The notes below the pieces were generated by a model. It made no database searches and was not told the origin of the DNA. It saw only the letters and a list, made by a program, of their open reading frames with translations. A stretch of DNA of 62,802 nucleotides, the filler included, from Octopus bimaculoides (taxonomy: Eukaryota), in assembly GCF_001194135.2 (NCBI RefSeq). It is 5 parts of 5 records of this genome, joined end to end, with 100 filler letters (N's around TTAATTAATTAA, not from the genome) between each part and the next. Parts side by side here need not be neighbours in the genome. Positions count along the whole stretch, not along the records: positions 1 to 22,787 come from NC_068989.1; 4 more parts are not named here. One strand, given 5' to 3'. Made by a program: the position numbers and the translations under genes. Positions 1 through 13,800 of the stretch are shown in pieces (positions within the stretch are counted from its first letter, which is position 1; each line of letters begins with the position of its first letter).

Positions 1-76
<76 letters not shown>

Positions 77-80
77 GTCT
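1..80. repeat. (GT)n microsatellite
   Basis: Direct reading of an uninterrupted GT array. Confidence 0.98.
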
Positions 81-471
81 GTCTGTCTTATATTGAGGTA
101 GAATCAGTATTAGGTTAAAACAACCATCTTATATACCATACAAGCTAGAAGCATTTCAGCCAGGTACCTATTCACATTAGCAGTGGCTGTTTTATTCAGT
201 ACTTGCTGTATATCAGAAGCAACAATTGTTGTCTAGGCATGTTGCTGGCTTCAAGTACATGTCATTGACAAGGCCCCACATGGATCAAAATGCTTCTAAT
301 ATTCTCACTAGCCACTGCTGGCAAGATTCTTGTGCGTCTTGATATATATTGCATTTTTAAGCACAGCAGACGAATAAGAGATGTTATCTCTGGATGAAAA
401 CTGCAGTATATCTGCCTTTCAAAGATGTAAATACATCATTGAACAGTATGATACATAGATACAAGAATATA

Positions 472-689
472 CGAGGTGAGTGCTGTGAAGATTCTGGCTT
501 TGGGTAAAAGAAAATACAGGAGGATCAGTTAATTATGATTTTATTCAACATATTTCCCTCTCAGATTCATACACTTATTGCAGTGGTCCTTCAGTTTTTC
601 TAAGCCCTGTAAAAGAACTCAGAAAGTTGGACCTCTAACCAGGCCTTTCACGATACATTTAAAGTCAGGAACTTTTCAGTAACCCCTCG
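472..689. mobile_element. Non-autonomous mariner-type MITE
   Basis: TA on both sides (470-471, 690-691). The right end reads TACGAGGGGTTACTGAAAAGTTCC on the minus strand; the left end is a degenerate TACGAGG.. TIR. The same TIR type is seen at 37448. Confidence 0.7.
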
Positions 690-901
690 TATGTATGTAT
701 ATGCAGGGACTTCAGGTGATATCTGATAAATTTTATGTCTTCCTTTCTTAGAAACAGTGTGATGTATTAGTGAACAGTCTTGGAATGCATCTATATGTAC
801 ATGTATGTTTGCATATCTATGTGTTATGTATTGTGTGTGCATGTGTGCAGATATATACATATAAATACATACACACACACACTTAGAGAGACAAATAAAT
901 G

Positions 902-942
<41 letters not shown>

Positions 943-1302
943 AAACAGAATTCCAGAAGGCTGTCAATTTATAATTAACCTTCAAAAGAAATATAGAAGC
1001 TTTAACTAAGAAATTTACATATAATGCATCAGTTGTTCGTTTGTTTTACAGATATAATGGAACAGGACTCAATTATGGCTGCTGCTGATGTTGCAGCAGC
1101 AACAACAAAAACAACAACAATAAAAACAACATCAACATCAACAACATTAACAATAACATCAACATCAACATCAACAACAGATCAAACATATAAGAATTTA
1201 ATATGCCAGTTAGTAAACATCAATGTGAATCTATTGAGTTAACATAACAGATTTATGAGAAATATAATCAGATAACCTTAAAGAACAATCTGTCTCTTTT
1301 AA

Positions 1303-1417
<115 letters not shown>

Positions 1418-1789
1418 TAAATAATGTGGTTTAAGGCTTACGGGAAAATTATAAAACATTGTTCAACTAACATGAAGGGCAAAAAACAATCTGAAGATAT
1501 AGGACCTTCACCTTTCATCTAAGTGAAGATGAGAGAGTATGAGAGGGGGAGAGAGAGTATGAGAGAGAGAGGATGAGTGAGAGAGAGGATGAGTGAGAGA
1601 GAGGATGAGTAAGAGAGTGGGTGTGAGTGGTGTTTTTGGTTTTCCTTTTTAATACTTGTTCACAACCAAAGTAATAACGCCAACTTAATTTCCCTTGTTT
1701 GGATCAAAAGATTAATACCTTAAAGTCTCACCAAATCTCACAAAACCTTCACCAAATTCTTGAGATATCAATATAATTACATGACAGAA

Positions 1790-2350
1790 TTGATCAAGTA
1801 AACCCCAGAGGGACGAAAAGTAAATGTAGACCTTGACAGGGTTTCAAATCAAGAAGTAACAAGCCAGAATAAATATCACAAGGAATTTTACTAACACATA
1901 AATAATTTTCTGCTACTTCGCCTCCCATAATGCCTTATTAATAACAATGACATCAACAACAACAACAATAGTTTCTCATTTGGGCATAAGGCATATAATT
2001 TTGATAAAAGTGGGGACTTCAATATCAACAACCCCAGTACTCAACTGGTATTCTATTTAATTGGTCCCTTGTAAAAGGAGGAAAGGGAAAATTGACCTCA
2101 GCAGGATTTGAACTTGGAATGAAAAGAGTCAAAATGAATGCTACAAATCATTTTGATGCTCTAATAATTCTGCCCAGCTCAATCTATTAACAACAACAAC
2201 AATTTCTAATAAAATCTTAAGTCCTCAAATTCTGAAGAAAGGAACAGTCAATTCTACTGATCCCAGTACTTGACAGGTACTTTAATTCACTGACCCTTGA
2301 AAGATGAAAGCTAAATTCCACCTTGGTTTGATTTCAACTCAGAACGTGTA
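1790..2350 (-). mobile_element. Three decayed head-to-tail SINE copies (family C)
   Basis: Repeated blocks accccagtactcaactggtac..gaaaggcaaagttgacctc..atttgaactc..ttctgccagctc, separated by (AAC)n/(AAT)n. Confidence 0.7.
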
Positions 2351-2886
2351 AAACCAAATTTAATGTCATTAACATAATCTCATCATAAGAATAAGCAAAT
2401 CAATACAGTGATAAGCAATCATTTTGTGATCATGACCAAGTTATTTAGTGCCAATGGCCAACACCACTTACCTATCATAAACGGTTGGTGCAGGATGGTA
2501 TAATTCACTGCTGCTTTTTTTCTTTACTATTTTTTATGATTTTGTCCCGAACATGGCTTGAAGCCAGTGTAGCATAAAGAACAACAAAGAAAGGNNNNNN
2601 NNNNNNNNNNNNNNNNNNNNNNNNNNNNNNNNNNNNNNNNNNNNNNNNNNNNNNNNNNNNNNNNNNNNNNNNNNNNNNNNNNNNNNNNNNNNNNNNNNNN
2701 NNNNNNNNNNNNNNNNNNNNNNNNNNNNNNNNNNNNNNNNNNNNNNNNNNNNNNNNNNNNNNNNNNNNNNNNNNNNNNNNNNNNNNNNNNNNNNNNNNNN
2801 NNNNNNNNNNNNNNNNNNNNNNNNNNNNNNNNNNNNNNNNNNNNNNNNNNNNNNNNNNNNNNNNNNNNNNNNNNNNNNNNNNNNNN

Positions 2887-3195
2887 GACTCGTGGTCATA
2901 GGATCGCGGTTTCGATTCCCAGACCGAGGCTCCGGCAGGGGATGGTGGCGAACCCTGCTGTATTCTTTCACCACAACTTTCTCTCACTCTTACTTCCTGT
3001 TTCTGCTGTGCCTGTAATTCAAAGGGTCAGCCTTGTCACACCGTGTCACGCTGAATATCCTCGAGAAGTACATTAAGGGTACACGTGTCTGTGGAGTGCT
3101 CAGCCACTTGCACGTTAATTTCATGAGCCGGCTGTTTAGTTGATTGGATCAACTGGAACCCTCGACGTCGTAAGCGACGGAGTGCCAACAATAAC
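2887..3195 (+). mobile_element. tRNA-derived SINE (family A), 5' part lost in a gap
   Basis: B box GGTTTCGATTCC; body nearly identical to 58233-58566. Confidence 0.85.
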
Positions 3196-3706
3196 AACTA
3201 GACTAGAAAAGTTCATCAGAGCAATAACTATGGAAATACTTATAGAAAGAAACAATGAAGATACATTTTGACAATGGGCCAAAGACACTAACATAGTGAA
3301 AAGAAGAGGACGCACTATTTTAACAACTCAACTCTGAATTCATTCACACAAGTTAAGCCACTAAATTGATGCACTGTCCCAAAGATAACAGCAATATTTA
3401 ATGCAGGGCAAAATGTTGTCCTTATAGAGATAGAAGATATTTGATGAATAACTCTGTAAATCCAAGCTTGATTCCTTCCAATGGAAAAGACTAACAACAG
3501 ACAACAATCAGTCTGTAGAAAAACCGAGAAGAACCAGCTCCAAGGATTCTTTGGTTTCAAAAGAGATAAACTTTCTACTTTGGCTCTTCCAAAATGGCAC
3601 AATAATATAATTTCAATGGAGGTGCTGCAACATTGACCCAGCTAATTAGTTGAAGTTAATAAAGAATAAATTTAAAAAGAATTTCATTAAAGAAATTTCA
3701 AATTAT

Positions 3707-3905
3707 CATCATCATCATTTAACATCCGTTTTTCATGCTGGCATAGGCTGGATGGATCAACAGCAGCTGACAAGTCAGAGGACTGCACCAAGCTCCAATG
3801 ACTGCTTTGGCATGACTCAAAGGCTGGATGCCCTTCCTAATGCTAACCAATTTACAGAGTTTTATTGGGTGCATTTTATGTGGCACCAGCATCAATGAGG
3901 TCACC
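3707..3905 (+). mobile_element. SINE-like repeat (family D, (CAT)n-flanked)
   Basis: catcatcatttaacatccgttttcatgctggcat..gctggatgcccttcctaatgc, similar to 60085-60386. Confidence 0.75.
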
Positions 3906-4713
3906 AATCACCTCACAAGGTAAGACCCTACTGATAGGCTTTATGCCGGGTGATGAGAGATTAAGGTATGATAGAGGGACTCAAACAGGTGTCCTGTAGT
4001 AAAGAAGATACATGATTACTTCAGTTGGAAAAGAGAGAAAATGGCAGTGAAAATGTGTCAGGGCATACCCTTGAAAGATGTATATAAGAGAAATGGTATG
4101 GTTAGGTAAGTTCATGAGAGTGTGAAACAAGGGTGAAAGATGGATAGAGATGGATACAGAGATGCAGTGATTGATGAACATGGATAAAATTTTAAACTTA
4201 TGTTAAATGAAAATATAAGAGTAATTTAAATAAATATTTCAACAAAATAAAAAGAATGGAAAAAAAATTTAATGTGTAAGCAGTTTAATTAGCATGCAAA
4301 ATAAAAGTAAGATTTATCCCCACCAAAAATCCAGGAAACTGGTAAGTATGTAATTATATTTGTGAAGAATCAAGCATTTAAGTCAAGCAAATTCAGTTTA
4401 CAGTAGCTAAATGAGTATGAGTTTTATACTCAATAATTTTACAGGCTTCTGCTATACAAAGGTAGGGCAACTATAGAAATGCATAAGGCCCCTACTTATA
4501 AAGATTTTCTGCAACAACCAACGGATTTTAATGTTTTGTTTTGTTTTTAAATACACACACCAATAAGAAAAGAATATTCATTCTTTGCATAGCATATTTA
4601 TTCCTTATATACCATTACTAGACATACTCTAATATAATCTACCACCCAACAAGCACTCACAACTATATGATTTTCTATTTGCTATTTTAACTACATAGGT
4701 AAAGACTTTAAAG

Positions 4714-5602
4714 CAGGAGTCACCAAAGGGGGTCTGAGGGATTACAGGGGGGTCAATGATGGCCAAGGGGTTGAATGGGGGTCGGCATGCGAAAGACCAC
4801 CTCACCCAGATGAAATGCTTGAAATAGTGCCATGAAACATGGGCAAACATGATAAATTTTTACTGCAGCGCGAAGTCTGCTTTTGCTAACGCTTGAGGCC
4901 TGATGTTGTCATCTGTATTGCAATCGAAAATTGAGAGATGTGATTGAGGGGATGCAGACTGTCAAGTGTTTGCTTATAGAAATTGCATGAACCTGGAGGA
5001 ACGAGGTGATTTGAGACTGAAACTGACCGACATTCAGCCTGATATCAATGCCTTGATTTAGGATCACCATGCTCATCCCTCACATTGATGTAGTCAGTTT
5101 CAATAAAAGATATTCCGGCGATATGATGCGTTTTTCACATTTTCTAACCGTGAAAAAAATTTCATAAAAATTGAAAGTTTAATACTGTATACTCGTATAT
5201 GTAGTTTTAAATGTAAAAAGTGAGTCATCTTCAAGAGAATTTCTTTATTTGTCGTACATATATATTTTAGCTAAGCACCCACTACACTCTTGGAGTGGTT
5301 GGTGTTAGGAAGGGCATCCAGCTGTAGAAACTCTGCCAGATCAGATTGGAGCCTAGTGCAGCCTTCTGGCTTGCCAGTCCTCAGTCAAATCATCCAACCC
5401 ATGCTAGCATGGAAAGCGAACATTAAACGATGATGATGATGATGATTTTAATTGCCAGCATCAGTACCCAGTACGCATGTAAGATATGGTATGGTAGGAT
5501 AAGGTATTAAGGTATTTTAAATGAGGAGGGTGGTTGATGCAGAAGGGGAATTGGCTAAAGGAGGTCAGGGGGTCGATGGTAAAAAAAGTTTGGCAACCCC
5601 TG
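4714..5602 (+). mobile_element. Non-autonomous hAT (Buster/Charlie-type) element with transposase C-terminal relic
   Basis: TIRs CAGGAGTCACCAAA / TTTGGCAACCCCTG; perfect 8-bp TSD CTTTAAAG (4706-4713 and 5603-5610, NNNTANNN). Internal translation RNCMNLEERGDLRLKLTDIQPDINALI*DHHAHPSH* matches the Buster-type hAT C-terminus. Confidence 0.88.
5272..5447 (-). mobile_element. Family D SINE-like repeat nested in the hAT element
   Basis: Reverse complement of 60097-60260 with a (GAT)n end. Confidence 0.85.
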
Positions 5603-5855
5603 CTTTAAAGAATGTCTGAAAGAAGTGCTATTCATGTTATTTTTCACTCTTTGATGTCTAATGAATCTAATCATCCAGTGATAGAGTAAGTGACTCAAGT
5701 TATCAAACTTGTATGATATAAATAAAATATAAGGTTTTCCCCCAGCTTCTTTGTAGATGGAGGGCTGAAAGTATTTTAGTTCACTTGCACTGAAAATAAT
5801 GGCACAGGGAAAAGGTATGAAAGTCACAGCATCAATACGTTTTATTATCAATTAT

Positions 5856-6230
<375 letters not shown>

Positions 6231-6989
6231 ATACATAGGTATGTATATATTTGCATATATATATATGTATATGTGTGTGTGCTTGCTACTGTATACGAAC
6301 TGTGGTGTTGATGCTGGCATCCCATGTTGACATCATGACCAGTTGCATTGTGCTTTCAAAGACCTGTTGGAATACAAAAATCCCTTACCTGATAAAACTA
6401 GGTGAGGGCTGGGGAACAGGAAGAGCATCCGGCTGTAAAAATCCTGCCTCAGAGATCAATTTCCTGTCCAACAGACTTTAAACAAATGATCAAACAAATG
6501 AACAAGTAATCTGCAGTTTCCTACCTAGTTTGAAACCAACTAAGATCGCAAGTGCCAGTGTTACATGGCTTAATAAGCTCTAACATATGACACGTATAAA
6601 TCTACTCTTCTAGACATACAATCAAACACCATACTACAGATAAAGTAAATAAATAAATGTATGTATATATGTATGTATGTACATATGTATATCATCATTG
6701 TCAGTAGTGAAACGAAATAAAATTGAAGTAAGTACAATGAAAGAATAGGTAATAGAGTGCGGCAGAAAGGTTGCCCTGATTTCAAAGGTTAATAAAAAAC
6801 AAACACATGAAGGTGCATGGAAAAACTTTGTATTTCTATGAAGTTCATTAAATGCCATTTTGTTTTACTGTTTCAGGTAGTACTCACCATGGCCTGATGG
6901 TGGAGACCATCATGCATTTGTTGTTGGAGAGTTTCTGTTTTTTTTATTAACTTTTGAAATTGGGGGCAAACTTTTTGATGCACCCTGTA

Positions 6990-7440
6990 CAATAATCCTT
7001 TCAACTATAGACACAAGGCCTGAAATTTTAGGGGAGGGGCATAGTCGATTACATCAACCTCCCAATGCTCAACTGGTACATACTTTATCGACCTCGAAAG
7101 AATGAATGGCAAAGTAAACTTCGGCAGAATTTGAACTTGGAGCGTAAAGACAAATGATATGCTGCCAGCTCCCCAATCAAAGAATATGAATAATAGTAAT
7201 AAGTCTTTCCAATTTTGGCTCGAGGTTAGCAATTTTAAGAGGAAGGCGTAAATTGATTACGTTGACCCCAGTGTCCATCTGCTACTTCTTTTGTCAACCC
7301 TGAAAGGAGGACAGGCAAAGTGGACCGCAGCAAAATTTGAACTAAAACGCAAAGAAAGATGAAATGTTGCTGAGCATTTGGTCCAGTGAGCCAAAGATTC
7401 TGCCAGCTGATCAACTTTGGTGTAATAATAATAATAATAA
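6990..7440 (-). mobile_element. Two family C SINE copies
   Basis: acaaggcctgaaatttta..agtcgattacatc..cagaatttgaact..ctgccagct blocks, followed by (AAT)n. Confidence 0.75.
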
Positions 7441-8286
7441 CAATTAAGAGTAAAATCATTATAACAGTATGATTAGAAAGACAATTGGATGCTGATACAG
7501 ATATCCCTATCAGTGAAATATATAAAAAAAAACAATAAAGTATAAAAAGAAGTAACGTTTTCTCACCCACCACACACACACACACACACACACACATGCA
7601 CACATATATACACACACACACACACACACATATATTTATCAATATTTAGCAGAAGCAACAGAGTGGCATAAGGGCCAAGAATGTTGTGTTTTGGCACTTA
7701 TCTGTTTGATAAGTGCTGCTACTAACATACAAAACTCTCAGCCCGTGAGTCACTCTGTTACTTCTACTAAATATTGATAAAAATATATACTCATATTTTA
7801 AGTTCTATTTTCCCTGCTAGTATCACCAAACTTGTATGTATGTATATAAATGTGTGCATGTATGTGTATATATATATATATATATANNNNNNNNNNNNNN
7901 NNNNNNNNNNNNNNNNNNNNNNNNNNNNNNNNNNNNNNNNNNNNNNNNNNNNNNNNNNNNNNNNNNNNNNNNNNNNNNNNNNNNNNNNNNNNNNNNNNNN
8001 NNNNNNNNNNNNNNNNNNNNNNNNNNNNNNNNNNNNNNNNNNNNNNNNNNNNNNNNNNNNNNNNNNNNNNNNNNNNNNNNNNNNNNNNNNNNNNNNNNNN
8101 NNNNNNNNNNNNNNNNNNNNNNNNNNNNNNNNNNNNNNNNNNNNNNNNNNNNNNNNNNNNNNNNNNNNNNNNNNNNNNNNNNNNNNNNNNNNNNNNNNNN
8201 NNNNNNNNNNNNNNNNNNNNNNNNNNNNNNNNNNNNNNNNNNNNNNNNNNNNNNNNNNNNNNNNNNNNNNNNNNNNNNNNNNNNNN

Positions 8287-8330
<44 letters not shown>

Positions 8331-10248
8331 CATATAAACACATATGAAGATATTCACATATACGTACCTGAAAAAAAAATCATTTATACTGTACCTACTA
8401 GTACCAACTAACACCAAATACTATCTATACAATCGCCAGTGACAGAAAGAATCCATTCTTTTGGTTTTGTTTGTCTTTTTGGCTTTAGTTTTTTTGTCTT
8501 TTCTTTACGGCAGCTAACCAAGGATGCGCAGTAAGTTAAAGAGTGAAAGATGAAATACAACAGCTTGACAACAGTTGGAAGTTAATTCATACTTACCAAT
8601 CAAATCTGAAATATAGAGAAGGAAGTCGTAAGCGAAAACAATTCACAGGCATAACTACTGAATCAGCAGTTGTTTCATAGTTTTGTCTTAAAATTAACAA
8701 TGATAAAGATCAAATCATACAGTTTACATGCAAACTAACTGATGGGATGTTAGTAGAGTGAAAAAAACGCTGGTGAACTTTTTAAGGTTGTTGTTTAGAG
8801 CTATCCCTCTGCACTGCAAAGCACTTTTAGTAAATGGCATGGACATATGGAACTAGCGGAAGGATTGCATTATGTTGCACTGAAGAATTTCTGTGATTTA
8901 TCTCTCTTAATCTAGAGAGTGAGTGAACAGGAGAGAGAGAGAACAGAAGAGAGAGGATAAGAAGGAGAGAGATAGGCAGACAAACAGACAGAGAGTGGCT
9001 ATAGTTCGGGGTGTCTGAGGTTCCAGTATCAGTAATAAATGGTGGAAAGGTAGTCAAGGTTGTGGCATGCTTTGAAACTGTCTTAGGGGTTGCTCCTCAT
9101 CTGTAAGCCCTGAACTCTTTTTGTTTATACTCATTTGTTTCTATAAGTATGAATGAATGTGTTTCTTTCTTTATCAATTCTAGAAAGATATATTATTAAA
9201 GAATCATGGCTTTCAATATATATCTGGATTAGCACACAACTAAATGCACTGGAAATGATGGCTATGAGCAAGTTCACATTGTAAAAAATATAAATTTAAT
9301 GAAAAATAGTTAAACTGAATAAATGGTAAGATAGTTTTATTCTATCATAATTACAGGATGGTCAAATATATTTTTTACTTGTCATCAAATTCATATTATA
9401 AGAAGCCTAATCAACAAGATGAATGTTATAAGTAAAAATGTTTAAATTTTTTACATCAAAAATATGCAGAAAACAGGGAAATGTCATCGAATACAGAAAG
9501 CAACACAGTATTCTCTGAAGTTAGTTGTGCATCCATACAAATCGGCAGAGATACGCTTTCACACAACTGAGTATTTGACAGTCGCACCTACCTATACAAG
9601 TGTATCTGAATGGTGAATACATTCACACAAATGAGTCTGCATGGTATATGTGTGTGTCACACAAGTGAGTCTGCATGGTATCTCACAGTGATAATGAATC
9701 TACAACAAGAGTGTCAACTGAGACAAACTACAAGTTTTTAGGTAACATGCAGTAGACTTAAAAAAAAACTATTCTCCCAACAGTACCAATTTACAAAAAG
9801 CTTATCTATTAATACTTAACTAAAACTAAAATACATGCATATATATATACATGTATATCTGAAAATGATACTCAAATAAGATTATCAAAAAAAAATTTTA
9901 AACTCAATTAAAAAAGGATTGGTAGTACAAACCTAACACAATGATGAAAACCCAGCCATAAAATCTCTTCCTCGCACAATTCATAGGAAAAAAATTCCAA
10001 ACCAGTTCTACTTCCAAACATTTTTTTTCTAAAAGTATACCCTTTTTTTTTCTAGACGTAACTTGCTATATTATACTGCCACAGAAAGAAATCAGGATTT
10101 CACTGGATACTCTTTTTACCATTAACTGCATGTAGATATGAAGCCAAATAATGTTGTCACTTTTTTAAAACCAACTCACCTAAAACTGCTCCTGGTTCTA
10201 TGATACAAACTTCTTGTTTGAAAGTGATCAAAATTAAAGATTTAAAGG

Positions 10249-10566
10249 TTAATGCCAGGTAAAAAACCAACTGTGCCAGTGCCACATAAAAAGCATCAGT
10301 GCAGGTGCCATGTTAAAAGCAAACACACCAGTACCATGTAAAGAGCACCTGTGCTGGTGCCACATAAAAAAAAAGCACCCAGTACACTCAGTAAAGTGGT
10401 TGGTATTAGGAACGGCATCCAGCCATAGAAACCATACCAAAACAGAAAATTGGAACTAGTGCAGCTCTTCAGCTGGCCAGCTCCTGTCAAACCATCCAAT
10501 CCATGCCAGCACGGAAAATGGAAAATGGATGTTAAATGATGATGATGATGATGATGATGATGGTGG

Positions 10567-10600
<34 letters not shown>
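10249..10600 (-). mobile_element. Family D repeat with internal ~22-25 bp tandem units and (GAT)n end
   Basis: About 5 units of gtgccacataaaaagcacc, followed by the family D core. Confidence 0.75.
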
Positions 10601-10603
<3 letters not shown>

Positions 10604-12924
10604 GAAACAAATTTTCACATCAATTTATGTTCCAAACCCCAGTTTAAAAAAATGATAAATCATTCAGTAAATTATACACAGTATTCAAAATTAATTGAAA
10701 TAAAAGACAGTGTAGTCCAACAGAAACATGAAAGGGTTAAATGAAGAGAAAGAAATGATACAGCTTATTATTGATGACTGATATGAATTAGAAATAACAC
10801 TAGTGGTAAGGCATCAAATGACATACGAGATCCAAACTTGGCCCAATATTCCACCACAAAATCACTTATCTTTTCCTATTGATGAATTATCAATATTCGT
10901 TCTTTCTGTGTACAAGACAGATCTTAAATGAATAAAGAAAATGAATAAAAGAAAGTGGATAAGGAACTTGTAACAAACAAGTTTATTGTTATTTTTTCTT
11001 GCTGAACAGAAATTATATTTTCTTAATAGAAATATAAGAGTTACATTCAGTAGATTATTATCAAAGTGTCTGTGAATTTAATCAAACCAGGAAAACAGTC
11101 ATGCATTTGAAGAGTGCTTTATAAAGTACAGCTAGCTGTCTTTCATGAACAAGTATGACCAGATAAAATGTACCATGTTTTTGTTCATTGTTTTAAAGTT
11201 CTGTGTAGTTGTGAGGAGACATAGACATTCTCACAGCACCTTGACACTTGACTCAGAAACACATCCAGGATGTGATAGCTGGAAGGAGAGATGAATACAC
11301 CAGCATCTAGCTAGGAGTCATAAGAGCTAATTACACTGGAGTAACAAGAAATGAAGAGCTTTGTTCAAGGACAAAATATATTGTGCAGACTTCAAATTGA
11401 AACTATAACCTTATGATTCTAAGTTGAACACTCTGACCATCAGGCCATATGCCTTCATATAAATACCATCTAAACCATTATTTTGTCTATGATAATGAGA
11501 TGGATGTTTTTCATGTGATCAAAATGTAGGAAATTTCACTTTGAGGTGTAGAAGCAAGTTATTTAATGCTTGTTTCATACTTAAATACTTAAAAACATGT
11601 TTAGTCATGCTCTAGAATAATACTATTGGGGTTATAACTGCAAATATATCCAGCAAGTTAGCAACATGACAAAAGGTGTTTTAAGCAAACAAATATATCA
11701 TTAAAAGCATTTAAAATGATTTCAGATGAGGAACTGAAATATTTCATAATGACGTTGTACAGGGTTCTGTTAATTACGTGTTAACTAAACAAAAAATAAT
11801 GAAATAAATAATCCACACAGAATAAGTAGAAAGCACTGAGACAGATAGGTTAGAAATAATAAAGGATGTTGTTATTTTTAGACATGCGATTTAAATCTAA
11901 GTTGGAGAGAAACGTTGGCACAATAGATCCAAAACCTAAGTGGAGTATATTTTGAAAAAAAAAAAATAAATAATGACTAAATAAAATACAATGGAACTTA
12001 TAAAGTCTAAAGCTTGTCATATTCTAAGAATTCAAACATGATGTGCCATGTGAAAAAAGCCAATTTCAAAGATTATATACTTGGCTAAACACCCAGTAAG
12101 TGTAGTTATCTGTGAGTACATGTGTGAGTACATGTGTGTAAGAGTCCATAAGTGGTACATACAAAAACAATATATATCTGTATGTACACATGCACAGACA
12201 TACCCCTATTGATTTTTCTTCACTATTTGCGGACAGAGATATTATTATTTCTCTCCCATTCAATTTTCTACTCGACTCAATCTGGCTGCCTTGGGCCATC
12301 TCATAAACATTTGCAATATTAAGAGAATTTTTGCTATTCGTTTTTGCTTCTTTTTATTCTTTCTTTCTTTCTTTCTTTTTGTTTTTTTTCTGTCTGATGT
12401 TCTTTTATCCATTCTTTAACTCTCTCTCCCAATAGAAGCTGAACTGAAAATAAAATATGATCATCCACATCAAAACAGTCTACTTCCAACCAATTAGCGC
12501 TCCACCTACTCAACCCTATTTTTTCATCCTCCTTTCTTCTGCAGTTTTTGATGTGCTAACACAGTGATTCAAACATTTTCTGAAGCTGTTCAGAATTTAC
12601 ATAAATACACACCATCATCATCATCAGTAGCAGCAGCAGCAGCAGTAGCGGCAGCAGCAGAAGCAATAGCAGCGTTTTAATGCTTGCCAGGTTAAGCCAA
12701 AGCTTATTGAGGCAGGTTTTCTATGACTAGATGCCCTTCTTGTTACCAACTCTTATTCCAAGCAAGGTAATATTTTTTCCCCATTCCTCATGGTCAGACA
12801 TGGTTTTGCAGAAAGTTGTAAATGAACGAGACATTCATTTACAACAATCACATAACGTGACAATAAGGACCCCTAAACACTCACATACATACACCTGTAC
12901 ACATGACAGTCTACTTTCAGTTTC

Positions 12925-13800
12925 TCATTCCTTTATTGCCCACTGGGGGCTAAACATAGAGGGGACAAATAAGGACAGACAAACGGATTAAGTCAATTAT
13001 ATCGACCCCAGACTACTTTCAGTTTCTGTCAACCAAATCCACTCACAAGGCTTTACTTGGCCCAGGGCTATCATAAAAAAGTGTCTTGCAGTGGAATTGA
13101 GCCTGAAACTGCCGAGGTCAGCTTTGCCTTTCGGGATCGATAAATTAAGTACCAGTTGTATACTGGGGTCAATCTAATCGACTAGCCTCTTCCCCAAAAA
13201 TTTCAGGCCTTCTGCCTAGAGTAGAAAAAAATACTTGCCCAAGGTGCTGTGCAATAGAACTGAACCAGAAACCAATAATCACTGGGTTTTAAAACAGATT
13301 TCTCAATTACACAGCCTTGCTTGTGTTTATATATTCATAAATTGTTATGAAATATGTCATCAACAATTCTAGAATTCTCTAGAATACCAGTACTTTTGTA
13401 AATATCTAAATCATCACCACCACTTTTACATCTGCTATTTCCATGCCATCATGGGTTAGATTTTTCGAGGCTATAGTAAAAGATACTTGCCCAAGGTGCT
13501 ACGCAGTGGGACTGAACCTGGAACCATGTGGTTGGGAAGCAGGTTTCTTACCACACAGCCATACCTGTATATTGGCTTCAAATTTTGGCACAAGGCCAGC
13601 AATTTAATGGGAGTGGTGAGGGTTAAGTTGATTACATCCACCCCAGTGCTCAAATGGTACTAATTTTATCAATCCTGAAAGAATGAAAGGCAAAGTTGAC
13701 CCCGGCGGAATTTGATCTAAGGATGTAAAGACGGAAAAAATGCTACCAAGCATTTTGCCTGGTGTAGTAACAATTCTGCCAGCTCACTGCTTTACAGTAT
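12925..13800. mobile_element. Cluster of family B and C SINE fragments in both orientations
   Basis: Family C fragments at ~12925-13010 (-), ~13110-13230 (+) and ~13575-13790 (-); family B fragments at ~13015-13110, ~13230-13320 and ~13440-13565 (-). Confidence 0.75.

Noticed and set aside
2472-2507. Strong minus-strand donor ATAG|gtaagt with a 36-nt open frame
   Set aside because: The upstream acceptor is A-rich and the adjacent sequence is lost in a gap, so an exon cannot be supported.
3200-3600. Possible LINE 3' relic (also 32350-32640, 36960-37430, 45690-45850)
   Set aside because: Coding-like texture, but no motif I can assign with confidence.
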